Position numbers and translations under genes: made by a program | Notes under the pieces: model-generated | Database searches by the model: none | What the model saw: the letters and a program-made list of their open reading frames with translations, nothing else | Told to the model about the DNA's origin: nothing | Assembly (NCBI GenBank): GCA_044892525.1 | Contig: CM097885.1 | Location: 26,228,001 to 26,292,000 of the forward strand | DNA from: Schmidtea polychroa | Lineage: Eukaryota | Reading direction: 5' to 3' | DNA: 64,000 nucleotides | Part shown: positions 1-14,800 of the stretch, in pieces | How positions within the stretch are numbered: position 1 is the stretch's first letter | How the letters are laid out: each line of letters opens with the position of its first letter

Positions 1-1689
1 ATATCAGTACACACAGATAAGGACGGCTTCAAATATTTCGAAAGCACTATAACTGGAAAAATTTCTACAATTTACAATTCAATTCGAATAAATAAGTAAA
101 TAATCATACACTAGAAAATGATTGGCTTTAGATATTCCTAATTCCCTGTTTTATGCGAAAACTAGCCAGCGTTATATACCATCGGGGAATGCACATTATT
201 GATAACATGTTTCGATAAAACAAAATAACATAACATTTTTCTCGTTCATCATGTTCTGATAAAGACAATTTTCGTGATTTATATAATTGACGAACACAAT
301 TTGCGACGCTTTAAAGCGAAATGTTTTAGATCCTCAACCGTCGGATCATTGATTTATCTCCATGAGCTTGCATCAGCTCGGCTACTGGTAAAATCCTTTT
401 TATAGAAATATACCAATTTTCCTATGCATGACATTTAAAATGTTATAGATTTAAATTGTCCAAGAGTAACAATGTGGTAACTTGCCTCATTTCCGACCAA
501 ACCTCTCCCGTTCCCTCCGGATCCAGCCATCACCGAGTAAGGAAGGAAAAGGGTTTTCCTGGTTATTATTGTATGACCTTATGTAAACCTTAACTGCCGA
601 GACAAGTTTGGCCCTAACCATGTTTGAAGAGTAGAAGAAGGAGGCTAATTTTTTTTTCGAATGTAATAAATGGATATTTGTAATTTACCCATACCAGTTC
701 TGATATGCGATTAAACCGATGATGTGAGCGGGTAGATGTGGTGTATGAATTGAGTTGAATGCATGTAGGTTGCATGGGGGTGGTTTTGGATGTCTGTGAA
801 GGGCTAAAATCTTCTGAGGGTTAAAGTAGAGAGCGGTTGACAAAAATAGGTAAAACTATCTGATCTGTTAAGAATATATAAATGATTGCCACTGGTTATA
901 ATAGGGATTTTCCTTTCAAATTCTAGATGACAGCACCTACCAGTTCCAGCAAAGATCTTCGTCCTTGTTTTTCATGCTCAGACAAGAATGAAGATATTCG
1001 GATGCTGCACATCTACATCGGGCTTTAAAGAAACGCATCGACCTGTACGAAGGCACGTGGTTCTCCCCGCCACAGATGAAAGAGGAGCGTACCAAGTTAT
1101 TGCGTTTGGAGCACTGCCGTGACAGTCTCCTCGAAGAAAGTAGATGCCAGCGGCTAACCATCAAAGCCCAATCAGAGGCACTACATAAAGTGTACACCGA
1201 CGCTGAAGTCGCAAAGCGTGTTCGGGAGTACCCAATTCAGGATGGGACCAACGTCTTCCCTGTCCATCACCAGGCGTATGGGGCCGCAAAATTTTCAACT
1301 AGCTCTGTCAGGGGCACGGGCCTCAATTGCAGCCTCTTCTCGAGACAATTCTTTCGGGCTCTATGCCAACAAAGGGTGGTCCATCGGACCATATACCAGC
1401 TGCAACCCTTCTTCCTCAGACTGTTCAGCCCCTTACCGACTCTACATCATCGATTCGGAAGTGTAAACGGCCTACGCGATCCGAGAAAAACCAAAAGCGC
1501 CCATCAAGGAAATTAGGGCTACCCACTCCGTGCCAACCAAGGAGGTTTTTCGAGTGGTTCCAGCAGGCGGAACAAAGTTTATCGAAGATCGTCGACTACC
1601 CGTAGACATCGACGATATGTTGGCTGAGGGAGAAGTCTTCCCATAATTTCGGAATACAAAGTACGTCCACTAATAATCCATTTCAACAA

Positions 1690-2035
1690 AGCGTTTCAAG
1701 CTGCAATGGAAATGGAAAATGAAATGTCTATTGATGAACACATGATTAAGTTCACTGGGAAAAGTGCAATGAAACAGTACGTCAAAGGAAAACCCATACC
1801 CTGGGGATTCAAAATGTGGGTCTGAGCATCATCACACTCTGGATATGTTCATGAACTTGACATGTATCAAGGCAAAGTTTATAATGAAGGTCGCCAATTT
1901 GGTCTAGGTGGAAGTGTGGTAATGCATTTGGCAAAGAGTCTTCACAACACAAACTGTATCCTGGCAATGGATAATTTCTTCTCCTCGGTAGAGCTGTTTT
2001 TCTATTTACGTGAAAACGGTGTTCAAACTATTGGT
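1690..2035 (+). pseudogene. piggyBac (PGBD-like) transposase core fragment
   Basis: Translation EMSIDEHMIKFTGKSAMKQYVKGKPIPWGFKMWV*...YQGK...GLGGSVV...MDNFFSSVELF matches piggyBac DDD-core motifs; internal stop; truncated at both ends. Confidence 0.9.
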
Positions 2036-2070
2036 AGTTATTATTATAATTATCATTATTACTATTAATA

Positions 2071-2612
2071 TTGGAGATGAACTTTCAAGACCGGGAGGTA
2101 AAGAGTCGTTCAATATATCGGCACTCTGTAAAATGATATGAATTGGGTGATGTGAATCGGCACGCACTATTGCTGATTTCCAAACAATTTGGTGAAAGTA
2201 GCAGTTGTGAAGACGACGAAGAGGATGAAGAAGTACTGGAACCTGCACTGGAAGGAATGGAATGTTATGTTACCTTCTGATAATCGAGAAAAAGTGCTAG
2301 TATGCTGCCTTGTTGGCCAAATATACGCAATTGTTATGAATGATAAATATAATCGCTATTTCATGGCCAATGGCAGTGGCATGGAAGCTTATATTGAATC
2401 AATTCATGGGAGTCCATTAGCAATCGCATATTCATCAAGCTATTTAGTAACCCCACCGGGACCAAGGGATAATCTTATCCGAAATGCCCCCATTTGTATT
2501 GAAGAGGTACCAAAGGAGAAATCAAATATGGAAAATGCCCTCAGTTCTAATGAGGATGATAATGTCCTCTCTGAGGATGATTCTGATTCCGACATGGAAT
2601 CACAATGTAAGC

Positions 2613-2664
<52 letters not shown>

Positions 2665-2790
2665 TTTAAATTTAAAAATTTTCTTAATCACTTTTTTAAC
2701 ATTTGCATAAAACTTGTAAAAATTATTATGTTATTATGTTATTGAAATTATGAAAATGTTATGATGAAATTATGACGAAAATGAAGAAAA
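2071..2790 (+). repeat. Rearranged Maverick-derived remnant (copies of 22929-23226 and about 21900-22220)
   Basis: Near-identical blocks ttggagatgaactttcaagaccggga, catggccaatggcagtggc and gaggtaccaaaggagaaatcaaatatgg recur at 21.9-23.2 kb in a different order. Confidence 0.75.
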
Positions 2791-2909
2791 TTATGAAAAT
2801 GTACATAGTAGTCTGCAGTAAGCATGCAGCTACATATCTCTCTAATAATAATTATTATGATTACTCCAATAAATGTAGTTTGCAGTTAGCATGTAGCTAC
2901 ATATATCTC

Positions 2910-2949
<40 letters not shown>

Positions 2950-3769
2950 TGTAGTAGAAATTTACGTTTTTTAAATATATTTAAGAACCAAAACAGAACC
3001 TCAATTAGGTTTTATTTTTACTTCTGTTTTGGCGTTCTCGATTTCCTGAAACTAAAATTATTAAAAAAAATATATAGCGATAATTTACTATAGTAAAAAT
3101 TCAAAAATAAAAAAATCGAATCCGAAATTTAGATAATCAAGAAAACAGAAAGTTATATAGAAGATTAATCTTAAGATACTCAAGAATAAAGTTCCGAAAA
3201 AGATAAAAAAGAAAATTATAAAACCTAAACAATTCGAGATTAAAGTTCTGAAAAATATTAAAAGGAATATTATCAAACATTAACAATTCAAGAATAAAAT
3301 CCCGAAAAAGATAAAAAAAGACTAGTCCAATTTCTGTGAGCCGAGGTTTCAGGTCGAAATTAAATAAAAATTGTTATCGTTCATAACTATTATTGTTAAT
3401 TTTATTATACATTTTATTTGGGGTGTCATAAGCACGCAGATACACACGCATCCCGATCGTCCCGCCACAAGTTTTATATACTTTACAACTCATCTTATAA
3501 TAATGTTCAAAGTAGTTTACAACTAACTTTGAACATAAAGAATATTATAGATTATTATTAATTGTTATTAGTTAATCCTTTTTATAATTTTCTAATGATA
3601 AAAATAGACTAACTAATAATAATTGGTTATAATAATTACATTATAATATTTTACATAAACTTTTAAATACATATTTTTTACATTTTTTTAATAATTTATC
3701 GTTAACAGGTAAATTATATCGTAACTGCTGCCAATCCTCATTAGGCCATTCGAATTTATGCCAAAAGGT

Positions 3770-4585
3770 AATGAAAAGATATTATGGTCATAGATTCTAT
3801 GGCATCACCTACTATATTTGTCCCATATGCGAGACATTCTAAAATATAAAATATAAGTGTAATCTTAATCAATATACAATTAATAAAAAGAGACTTTTTA
3901 ATATAATAAAAAGTACAACACCTATAAATACGCTACTTGTAAATAATACACATATTAATAATACACGACCTGTAAAAAATACACATGTAAATATTAATAC
4001 GCGACCTGTAACTAAAAATACATCTACAAATACTTCTCCTGTGATAAAAATTTTGATGATTGATACATCTGTGATAAATAATAAACGGCCTGCTGTTAGT
4101 TTTGGGTCTGGTGTTCCCTCTAAAATTATTAAAATTAATACAACTGGTGATTCAATATATAATCAAATAGGTGGTTCAATCGGTATTGACAATGAACCAG
4201 AAATAGTAGATTTTAAGGGGGCACGAAAAAATTTACGATTTAATATGGAAAAAGATAACTTGGTGTAAATTTCCCTTACAAATAAGATTATAAATAAATT
4301 AATTGCAGAAATCAAAGGTATGGGCACAGTTAAAATTTAGTTCACCGTCCTCATCCAGTTCGCGAAAGATGGGGAAATTAGAGATAATTTTTTCTCTAAT
4401 AGCAACGAAGTTTTTACAGAAAATTTTTTTAATGAATGGAATCACCAGATTAAATAATAAAATTGAAAAATTGACATATTAAGGGAGCGGATGAGGAGTA
4501 GGTAAAATCAAAGAGATAGATTTTATCTTAACTAAATATACTCACATGAATAGGCTAGCTGGTCATAGTTATATCCCCACACCAT
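3770..4585 (+). pseudogene. Maverick pPolB N-terminal region remnant
   Basis: 4325-4585 matches 23305-23545 (GEIRDNFF...NEWNHQIK...RLAGHSYIPTP); upstream degenerate CPIC and NQIGG; multiple stops. Confidence 0.6.
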
Positions 4586-4939
4586 TTGAAATTTTATAAA
4601 AATAAAAAGTACAATTTGTCTTTAATGACTGACAAACAAATTGAAGAATTAATGAATTCAGTGGAATCCGACGATGAATCTGATTTTGATGATGATTTTA
4701 AAAATCTAGAATATCAACCTGAAACTAACACTGGTCAAATCGATGCTGTCGGTGAAATTGATGTATCTCAGCTCTTTATCGAGGATCAAGAACATCAGGA
4801 ACTACAAACAGAAATGTTACCTACTAAAATGACGAGCTATATAACATTCGATAGCAACTCTGGATTCCTGCCAACGCTTAAAACACTTCTTCAAAGAATT
4901 GAATCGTATAATGAATCGTATAATTGAATCAGAATCAAA

Positions 4940-5190
4940 AAATAATGATGAACAAAATGGTTAATAACATTCGTAGCAACTGGACAGAAATTAACCAGGA
5001 TTGCAAAAGATTAATATCGTTTTTCAATTTAGGCACAGCGTCAAATGCCGGAGAATTAACTCAAAGCTGGAACCGAATACGGACGCGGTTGATACAACGA
5101 TACTCCAACACGGCACTCTACGCTGAGCAAACCATTATTGGTAGGATGAGAAGGACGACTGAAATGGATTTTCTAACCCTCTGCAATTAT
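4940..5190 (+). other. Fragment of an unknown repeated ORF family (homologue at 19438-19700)
   Basis: NIRSNW...FFNLG...GE...SWNR.R...STALY.E...MD shared with ORF 19438..19878. Confidence 0.55.
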
Positions 5191-5329
5191 GAAAAGAACG
5201 ATGATACTGCCCCAGTATATTTCGAAAAAATAGAAAAGATGGTTGACCAAGTTCTGAAGCACAAATGGGACAAGAAAGAATTAATGTCATATTTTTTGGT
5301 CCATTGTATCAAAGACAAGGTCTCGATGG

Positions 5330-5925
5330 TCCTGGGATTTTCAATACAAAAAAAATTTTTTCAATACAAAAATCCGACTAACACTAAAAAGCCAAAGATT
5401 ATTTACACTATAGTGAAGGGGTCTCGATGATCCTGGGATTTTCAATACAAATTTTTTTTTCAATAGAAAAAGGTGGTCTACACTAAAATAACGTGGTAAA
5501 TTTTTTAAAATAAAGCAAATTGTGATTCTAAAAAATTGAATTACAGTAAATTATGGTCCAAATTTTCAATTAAAGTAAATTATGGTCCAAATTTTAAAAT
5601 TAAGTAATCAATGGTAAAAAATTTAAATTAAAGTTAAATAAGTAAATTAAAGTAATAATTTTTAAATAAGTACATTAAAATAATAATTTTTAAATAAGTA
5701 AATTAAAGTAAGATTTTAAAATTTATTAACAAAAAAATAGAAGGTGTTTGAGAATTGAAATTTTTTAATGGAAATTTTTATGAAATATTTTATAAATGAA
5801 AATAATAATAATAATAATAATAAAATAATAATAATAATAATAATATATCAACCAAATACATAAAAATGAACTAAACACATAAAAATTTACCAAACAAATA
5901 ACAAATGTAAAGATATAAACTTTTA
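5330..5925. repeat. AT-rich Maverick subterminal segment
   Basis: About 5530-5925 is highly similar to 56830-57380 and (inverted) 62800-63325, e.g. ttacagtaaattatgg and taccaaacaaataacaaatgtaaagatataaa; lies downstream of pPolB. Confidence 0.65.
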
Positions 5926-6149
5926 TTTAATAAAATTAGTCCTCATCAGACAAAATAACGTCATCGATATCGATATCATCTTCTCCAACATAATCTCCAA
6001 ATCTTCTTGATTAAATTCTTCCTCATCTTCTCCAACATTTTCATCAAATTCTTCTCCAACAATTTTTCCATCATTTCCATCAAATCCTTCTCCAACATTT
6101 TCATCAAATTCTTCTCCAACAATTTCTCCAATATTTAATTGACTTAATC

Positions 6150-7895
6150 TTACATGCCCATATGTAAGACTAGTATTTTTCCCCACCCAAACCCTTTTGT
6201 CATCTTTGTTAGTGCTATTTTAGTATTTTTAATTGTAAAAATTTGATGATTTTTGCTTGTTATTTTAGTCTGAGGAACCGAAAAAATTTGGTTAGTGTTA
6301 TAACAATCCAGGTATGACTGATGTTTTATGTCACTACCTTTAAATGTTACACCTTTAGCCTTTTTTGTTTCCTCATCACCCAACAAGCTATAACATTTAG
6401 GTCTAAGAAGAACCCATTCCTTATATTTAAGACCTTTATTCTCGTCTTTGAACCTTCCAATGACAGAATCAAGGTTCTTACTATATAAGCAATGACAACT
6501 ATTGTAATTGGAAGTATCTAATAAATTATCTCGAATCATTGCAGGTAAAAGAACCTCAAGTTTACAGTTAATGACTTCGAGGAAAAAAGAATCTGTATCA
6601 CCTGCAACGATATTAATTTTACAATTAAACTCATTGCGAAATGATTCTAAATCCTTATATTGTAATTCATACATTCTAAGTTTAGATAGATCAAGTACAG
6701 ATTGACCAATGTAACTTGGTCTATCTAAACATATAGAATCTGAATTCAATAATGCTTCAATTAAATTATCGTCTATTTTAATAGATTTTTTAAAAGTCGG
6801 CTTTGAAGAATATTTAACTAATTTACCGGCAGTAGTACAAAGACGAAGATTCATTCTTCTCTTTAAATTTTCAACTGTTTTGCCGTATAAACTGTTATTT
6901 AACAATTTATTTATGCTTTTTGACCTTAATTCTATATTGGTATCTATATATTTTTTAAAAATTGGAGATTACTTAAATCTTACACCCCTATTTACACGTG
7001 TTACTTTAACACCAAGTGCCAAATATAATTTTAATAATCTCCAATGAATCACATAATTAGATTTTGGAAGATGAGTTAATAATAATTTTTCAACCTTAGA
7101 CCCAGCAGGTTTCATTTTTTCAGCAGCTACAGGGAAATCATCCAACTTATCATGAAGCTCAGAAGGAATTACAAGATCAACTTCAAGAGTGTATCCATAA
7201 GACAAAGATTCAAGATTTAAATTCCTACATTCATCCATTATTAAATCAAATCCATCAAGAACCCAACTAAATTCACCACAAGGTAATGATTGACTTAAAG
7301 CCCAACCATAAAGATTATTAATATCTATATAAAGTAACTCGGTGTTCTCATCGGTTTTTACATAATGCTTATTCACAAAAGTAAGACCGCCTCTTATTCC
7401 ACCCTCATAAAAGCTAAACATTTCGTTTTCAGTTAGGAGCTCAATTGGTTCATCTAAAGACATTAATGCAGAAGACCAAGACATACCAGGAATTCCGAAA
7501 TAATTCAATGGTTCTAATCTATTGTGAGCAATAGATTTCAAACGAAACTGATGAAAGAAATCAGCCAAAAGAAAACAATCGAGTTTTAAGTAGATCATCA
7601 TATAATCTAATAAAGTTACGCAATTAGTTTCTACCCAAATCTCCTGAGCTTTTTCATACTCAAGTTCAATGACACCTTCCCAGATTGGTGGTAATTCATA
7701 AGTAGTTTGGAGAATATCTAAAGATGTAGCGAAATTATAAGGAAAGATTCCTTTTTCAGAAACTATAGTGCCAGAAAAAACAGAATTAGTTAAAGGCAAA
7801 GTATTCAAAGTTTTGACTGCTTTAGCTAAAGAATCATTAACAAAATGATAAGAATCAATGAATCTTAAGCTAATTTTTCCTAAATGCGCAATCAA
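6150..7895 (-). pseudogene. Protein-primed family B DNA polymerase (Maverick/Polinton pPolB), C-terminal part
   Basis: Motifs LRFIDS, KGIFPY, YLKLDCFLLAD, GGIRGG, YIDINNLYG, NNSLYGKT, GDTDS, LRPKCYS, KAKGV; broken at about 6905-6969; 5' truncated. Confidence 0.95.
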
Positions 7896-9647
7896 AGAAA
7901 TAAATTTTACATTGCAAAATATTGTCTAAAAATTTCATCTTATCATTATAAAAAAAAATTTGCGAGGGATTTCCTCATAAAAATAGACTAACTAATTGCA
8001 AGTAGATGAAGCTACTGATGTTATTAAGGATGCACACGTTTAAAAAAGATATTCGAAGATTTTAATATAAATTTCGATAATAATTTGGCTAAACTTAAAT
8101 ACAAAATTGATAACTTGTTTTACCAAACAAAAATAATTCCTTTTTTAAAAAACAATGATGAAAAAATAGGCCACAACGCAGATCATCGGCCTGGGGCCGA
8201 TTCGCCGGTCCCCACCCAAACAATGAGGACACTGACGCTACTCAAATCGACCTCACTAATGTTACTACTCTTATTGCTGACCCCCTACCAAACAAAGCAT
8301 CTTACAACAATAATAAAACTGATACTTCGATTAGAACAGACACCATAATATATAACTATAAATTCGATAGAGAAATTAAAAAATGTCTAAATTTTTTTGG
8401 AAAATGTTTCACAAGGACCCCACGGTTTTTAATATTATTAAAGATTACAATAACGAAATATCTATCAACACCAATGATGCCCAACCACAATCAGTACATC
8501 CAACCAATATGCTTAATGAACCACTACTCCATATTGCTACTACTGGTCTCGACCTACCTCCAACACCCTCCACAACCAACTGCGAAGTTCCAACAACTCT
8601 AACTAACAATAGACTCTACGGGCTTACCACCCCCGGCTGCCCATCCAACGGTAAACAACTTTGCCCTCACAAACCCCACTACAAACGTCACCGACAACCT
8701 ACCGATTTCACACAATAACAAGACCCAAAGCACAACATCTCAATGCTTAGTCCCAGACACCCAACCGGCAGGGACCCTGCCCTCCGCATCCAAAATGCAA
8801 CAAACTGACGCAATACAATCAAATTCCAAAGCATCCACCGATACTATCCCATCTATCCAGGACACCAAAAATTTAGCAGCACCACCTCCATCATTTACAG
8901 ACCACAGCACAAATATCACATACAACAAACGCGATAAACATCTCATCCAAGGAATCCACAGATTAATCAATGACAACATCTCTGAAGTATCCAGGAAATA
9001 TGAGATAACAACAAAAAACATGCAAAATTATATTTTACAACAAGAAAATTCTAACACCCACAAGACACTAACACTCCTTGTTTCGCAAATGACACACCTG
9101 GAACAACATCTGACTGACCCCTTGAAAAATAACACTCCTCTACTTACTCACGATATTGATGATGTACACCTGACCCCCACACCAGATGACTCCGATTTAC
9201 ACATACCTTCATCAAACCAACTCACACAACACAGACCAAAATCGTCATGCAACGACAGCATAACATATCAATCACAAACCTCTGTTAATGAGGACTCTAA
9301 CATTCCCCCACAATTCCACCAACCCGAAAGGACATCTGACGAATCCCAACATCTTTTTTCACAATCGGATGCATCTGAGTCCAACTCCGGCCAAATTATA
9401 CTTGAACGAAGTAAGGCAACACATAATACAAAGCTTCACATATATAAAAATAAACGTAACAATAGGCACAAATACAACAGTAAGCACATTCCAAACAAAA
9501 GAATGGACGAAATGGAGAAAACACTAAATAAGCTTATAAAACTTGTCCCAATTTCAAACATACCCCGTGATAACGATAATAAAAATATTACCTATAATGA
9601 TAATAATGGTGATAATAATAATAATAATATTTATAATAATAATAATG

Positions 9648-9730
<83 letters not shown>

Positions 9731-10512
9731 GATAATGGATATAATAATAATAATGGTTGCAATAATATTGATGATGAAGATAATAATATTAACACCGGTG
9801 GTAATGGTGGTATCAACAGTAATAATACCGATAATAGCCAGTATACTATTAAACCTTCTACTAAAATCAATAATTATCGTAAAAAAATGTCTAATAATGT
9901 TGATATTATATTCGCCAATCCCTCCCCTGTTCACTGTGTTATTCTCCCATCGCGATATCGAATTTCTCCGCTTGATGAAACCACCTCCCTCTTCCTGCCT
10001 CTCTGCGACCAAAAGCCTGCATCGTGTGATCTTGACTACTCCCCCGCCTCATCCTTGACAGGGTGGATATACCTTCCTCTACACGCCCTCTCCCCGAACC
10101 CAGAGCACAGCTCAGGCCTCAGATTTTGATGACATCTTACTCTCCGACAACTCTACCACCTCCTCCCATGAGTCGATAACGGCAACTGCTCCCCACACCT
10201 CAACCCAAGCCCCCACAGCCCCTATAACCAACACCACACTAACATCGAAAGGAAAGGACGCTGCCCATGTAGACGAAGCGCCTATCCCCTCTGTCCTGTC
10301 TCGCGAACAAACGTCAAAGATCATCCCCTGACTCATGAACAACTGACCACATCACCTCCCTCTCGGGTAGGCGAGATTATCTCTTCGCTCATCAACGAAC
10401 TTCATGACCTTATTGCGGCTGACACCCAAATGAAAGTAAAGGGGAAAACTGTTCAAGTCATCACAGACCAAATACCTGTTAACACGCCCCCTACCTTACC
10501 CCACCACCCACT

Positions 10513-10860
10513 GTGAAGGTGCGCCAATCATGTACCCCGAGGAACATGAAGTCACAGGACGCGACTGACCCTACTCTATTTCGCCTGAACTATCGGGGAA
10601 AACTTGAATGCAGGTCGACGTTTATCACAGCTTGGTGCGGCAGCATCTGCATATTTGACAGAGCCAAATTCCTTGCTCACGCCCGGGAAGTCCACGATAT
10701 CGTAATCAGTGAAGACTCACACGTCGACTGCTACCAATGCAGACCCAAAGGGGGAAAGGACAGATTTGCGATGAACCATGTCAAATTCAAGGATCTTTAC
10801 AATCATGTTGACCATTGTGGGCATGAGGTTCAGATAGACAAGAAACTGATCAACAAGGTT
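10513..10860 (+). pseudogene. N-terminal zinc-finger-like region of the non-LTR element
   Basis: C...C...FLAHAREVH and CYQC...LYNHVDHCGH. Confidence 0.55.
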
Positions 10861-11201
10861 ACTCTTAGAATTGCTCCAACAGCCTTCTAACACACTCGCC
10901 AATAGCCTACTTGAAACCATCCTAGACCTTCAGAAAATTGTCTTACCCATATCCATTGACTTAATAGAACCCGAATACCCTCGCTGCAGTGTACCTGCAG
11001 ACTCAGCTTTCTTCATCTGTCACTTCATTGAACACCTCATCACGCGAAGCCCCCTCACCACACCTCACATTCCTTCTATGACTCTTGAACTTAAAACAAT
11101 TATTAATAATTATATTAAAAATAAAATACCAAATAATGATATACGTAAATATAAACAGTTTATAAAGAATATTATTTTTAATCTCATCGAAAACAAAACT
11201 G

Positions 11202-11870
11202 ATGCCGACTCTGCTATTTCCGAAATGGGAAAAAATAAATGCAAACATCCACCCTTTAAAATATACTACCAAAAAACCCTCTGACATAATACATAAAAAA
11301 ACCCGTAATGAGAACGAATTACTCTTCATTAAAAGGAAAAAATATACCATTAACCCAAAGGAGGAAGTCGCAAAGATCCTGAGAAATACCCCAACCTTCC
11401 AGAGACCTACTATGGATAATATTCATAAACTCTTTGCTGGAACACTCGCAAGTTGCTCGCCTAATCCTTTGATTGAACTACCCTCACTTCCCGAAACTCT
11501 CTCTTGCGACCCTTTCGACATCGATGAAATTAAGGCAATCTTCAAGCAACTCAGCAATACGACCCCAGGTATAGATGGCATCTCTCTATCTGACTGGAGA
11601 ATTCTATCCCCTGACTTTGAATTCCTTCTATCCTTGTTTAACAACCTACTACGCACAACTACTTGCCCTATGTCCTGGAAAACCTTTCGCTCCAAACTAA
11701 TTCTAAAAGCTGGAAAGACCGAGACTAGCATGAAGCTAGCGCCTGGAGACCCATATCTATCATGAACACCTCATACCGTATATTCTCCTCACTTCTAAAC
11801 AATCGCCTCTTGAGCTGGATAAAACTCGGCAACCTACTATCTATCAACCAAAAGGCTATATGTGCACCCG
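11202..11870 (+). pseudogene. Reverse transcriptase N-terminal subdomains (frameshifted; catalytic core absent)
   Basis: PGIDGI...WKTFRSKLILKAGK...WRPISIMNTSYRIFSSLLNNRL...NQKA; no YADD motif found anywhere downstream. Confidence 0.9.
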
Positions 11871-14800
11871 ATGAGAAATACCCCAACCTTCCAGAGACCT
11901 ACTATGGATAATATTCTTAAACTCTTTGCTGGAACACTCGCAAGTTGCTCGCCTAATCCTTTGATTGAACTACCCTCACTTCCATACCGTATATTCTCCT
12001 CACTTCTAAACAATCGCCTCTTGAGCTGGATAAAACTCGGCAACCTACTATCTATCAACCAAAAGGCTATATGTGCACCCGATGAGAAATACCCCAACCT
12101 TCCAGAGACCTACTATGGATAATATTCTTAAACTCTTTGCTGGAACACTCGCAAGTTGCTCGCCTAATCCTTTGATTGAACTACCCTCACTTCCAGAAAC
12201 TCGGCAACCTACTATCTATCAACCAAAAGGCTATATGTGCACCCGATGAGAAATACCCCAACCTTCCAGAGACCTACTATGGATAATATTCTTAAACTCT
12301 TTGCTGGAACACTCGCAAGTTGCTCGCCCAATCCTTTGATTGAACTACCCTCACTTCCATACCGTATATTCTCCTCACTTCTAAACAATCGCCTCTTGAG
12401 CTGGATAAAACTCGGCAACCTACTATCTATCAACCAAAAGGCTATATGTGCACCCGATGAGAAATACCCCAACCTTCCAGAGACCTACTATGGATAATAT
12501 TCTTAAACTCTTTGCTGGAACACTCGCAAGTTGCTCGCCTAATCCTTTGATTGAACTACCCTCACTTCCAGAAACTCGGCAACCTACTATCTATCAACCA
12601 AAAGGCTATATGTGCACCCGATGAGAAATACCCCAACCTTCCAGAGACCTACTATGGATAATATTCTTAAACTCTTTGCTGGAACACTCGCAAGTTGCTC
12701 GCCTAATCCTTTGATTGAACTACCCTCACTTCCATACCGTATATTCTCCTCACTTCTAAACAATCGCCTCTTGAGCTGGATAAAACTCGGCAACCTACTA
12801 TCTATCAACCAAAAGGCTATATGTGCACCCGATGAGAAATACCCCAACCTTCCAGAGACCTACTATGGATAATATTCTTAAACTCTTTGCTGGAACACTC
12901 GCAAGTTGCTCGCCTAATCCTTTGATTGAACTACCCTCACTTCCAGAAACTCGGCAACCTACTATCTATCAACCAAAAGGCTATATGTGCACCCGATGAG
13001 AAATACCCCAACCTTCCAGAGACCTACTATGGATAATATTCTTAAACTCTTTGCTGGAACACTCGCAAGTTGCTCGCCCAATCCTTTGATTGAACTACCC
13101 TCACTTCCATACCGTATATTCTCCTCACTTCTAAACAATCGCCTCTTGAGCTGGATAAAACTCGGCAACCTACTATCTATCAACCAAAAGGCTATATGTG
13201 CACCCGATGAGAAATACCCCAACCTTCCAGAGACCTACTATGGATAATATTCTTAAACTCTTTGCTGGAACACTCGCAAGTTGCTCGCCTAATCCTTTGA
13301 TTGAACTACCCTCACTTCCAGAAACTCGGCAACCTACTATCTATCAACCAAAAGGCTATATGTGCACCCGATGAGAAATACCCCAACCTTCCAGAGACCT
13401 ACTATGGATAATATTCTTAAACTCTTTGCTGGAACACTCGCAAGTTGCTCGCCTAATCCTTTGATTGAACTACCCTCACTTCCATACCGTATATTCTCCT
13501 CACTTCTAAACAATCGCCTCTTGAGCTGGATAAAACTCGGCAACCTACTATCTATCAACCAAAAGGCTATATGTGCACCCGATGAGAAATACCCCAACCT
13601 TCCAGAGACCTACTATGGATAATATTCTTAAACTCTTTGCTGGAACACTCGCAAGTTGCTCGCCTAATCCTTTGATTGAACTACCCTCACTTCCATACCG
13701 TATATTCTCCTCACTTCTAAACAATCGCCTCTTGAGCTGGATAAAACTCGGCAACCTACTATCTATCAACCAAAAGGCTATATGTGCACCCGATGAGAAA
13801 TACCCCAACCTTCCAGAGACCTACTATGGATAATATTCTTAAACTCTTTGCCGGAACACTCGCAAGTTGCTCGCCTAATCCTTTGATTGAACTACCCTCA
13901 CTTCCCGAAACTCTCTCTTGCGACCCTTTCGACATCGATGAAATTAAGGCAATCTTCAAGCAACTCAGCAATACGGCCCCAGGTATAGATGGCATCTCTC
14001 TATCTGACTGGAGAATTCTATCACCTGACTTTGAATTCCTTCTATCCTTGTTCAACAACCTACTACGCACAACTACTTGCCCTATGTCCTGGAAAACCTT
14101 TCGCTCCAAACTAATTCTAAAAGCTGGAAAGACCGAGACTAGCCATGAAGCTAGCGCCTGGAGACCCATATCTATCATGAACACCTCATACCGTATATTC
14201 TCCTCACTTCTAAACAATCGCCTCTTGAGCTGGATAAAACTCGGCAACCTACTATCTATCAACCAAAAGGCTATATGTGCACCCGATGAGAAATACCCCA
14301 ACCTTCCAGAGACCTACTATGGATAATATTCTTAAACTCTTTGCTGGAACACTCGCAAGTTGCTCGCCTAATCCTTTGATTGAACTACCCTCACTTCCAG
14401 AAACTCGGCAACCTACTATCTATCAACCAAAAGGCTATATGTGCACCCGATGAGAAATACCCCAACCTTCCAGAGACCTACTATGGATAATATTCTTAAA
14501 CTCTTTGCTGGAACACTCGCAAGTTGCTCGCCTAATCCTTTGATTGAACTACCCTCACTTCCAGAAACTCGGCAACCTACTATCTATCAACCAAAAGGCT
14601 ATATGTGCACCCGATGAGAAATACCCCAACCTTCCAGAGACCTACTATGGATAATATTCTTAAACTCTTTGCTGGAACACTCGCAAGTTGCTCGCCTAAT
14701 CCTTTGATTGAACTACCCTCACTTCCATACCGTATATTCTCCTCACTTCTAAACAATCGCCTCTTGAGCTGGATAAAACTCGGCAACCTACTATCTATCA

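Noticed and set aside
925..1660. GC-richer ORF cluster as an identifiable gene
   Set aside because: Looks like a decayed exon, but no motif could be recognised.
4586..4830. Acidic ORF as a piggyBac N-terminus or poly-SIM copy
   Set aside because: Compositional resemblance only; no diagnostic motif.
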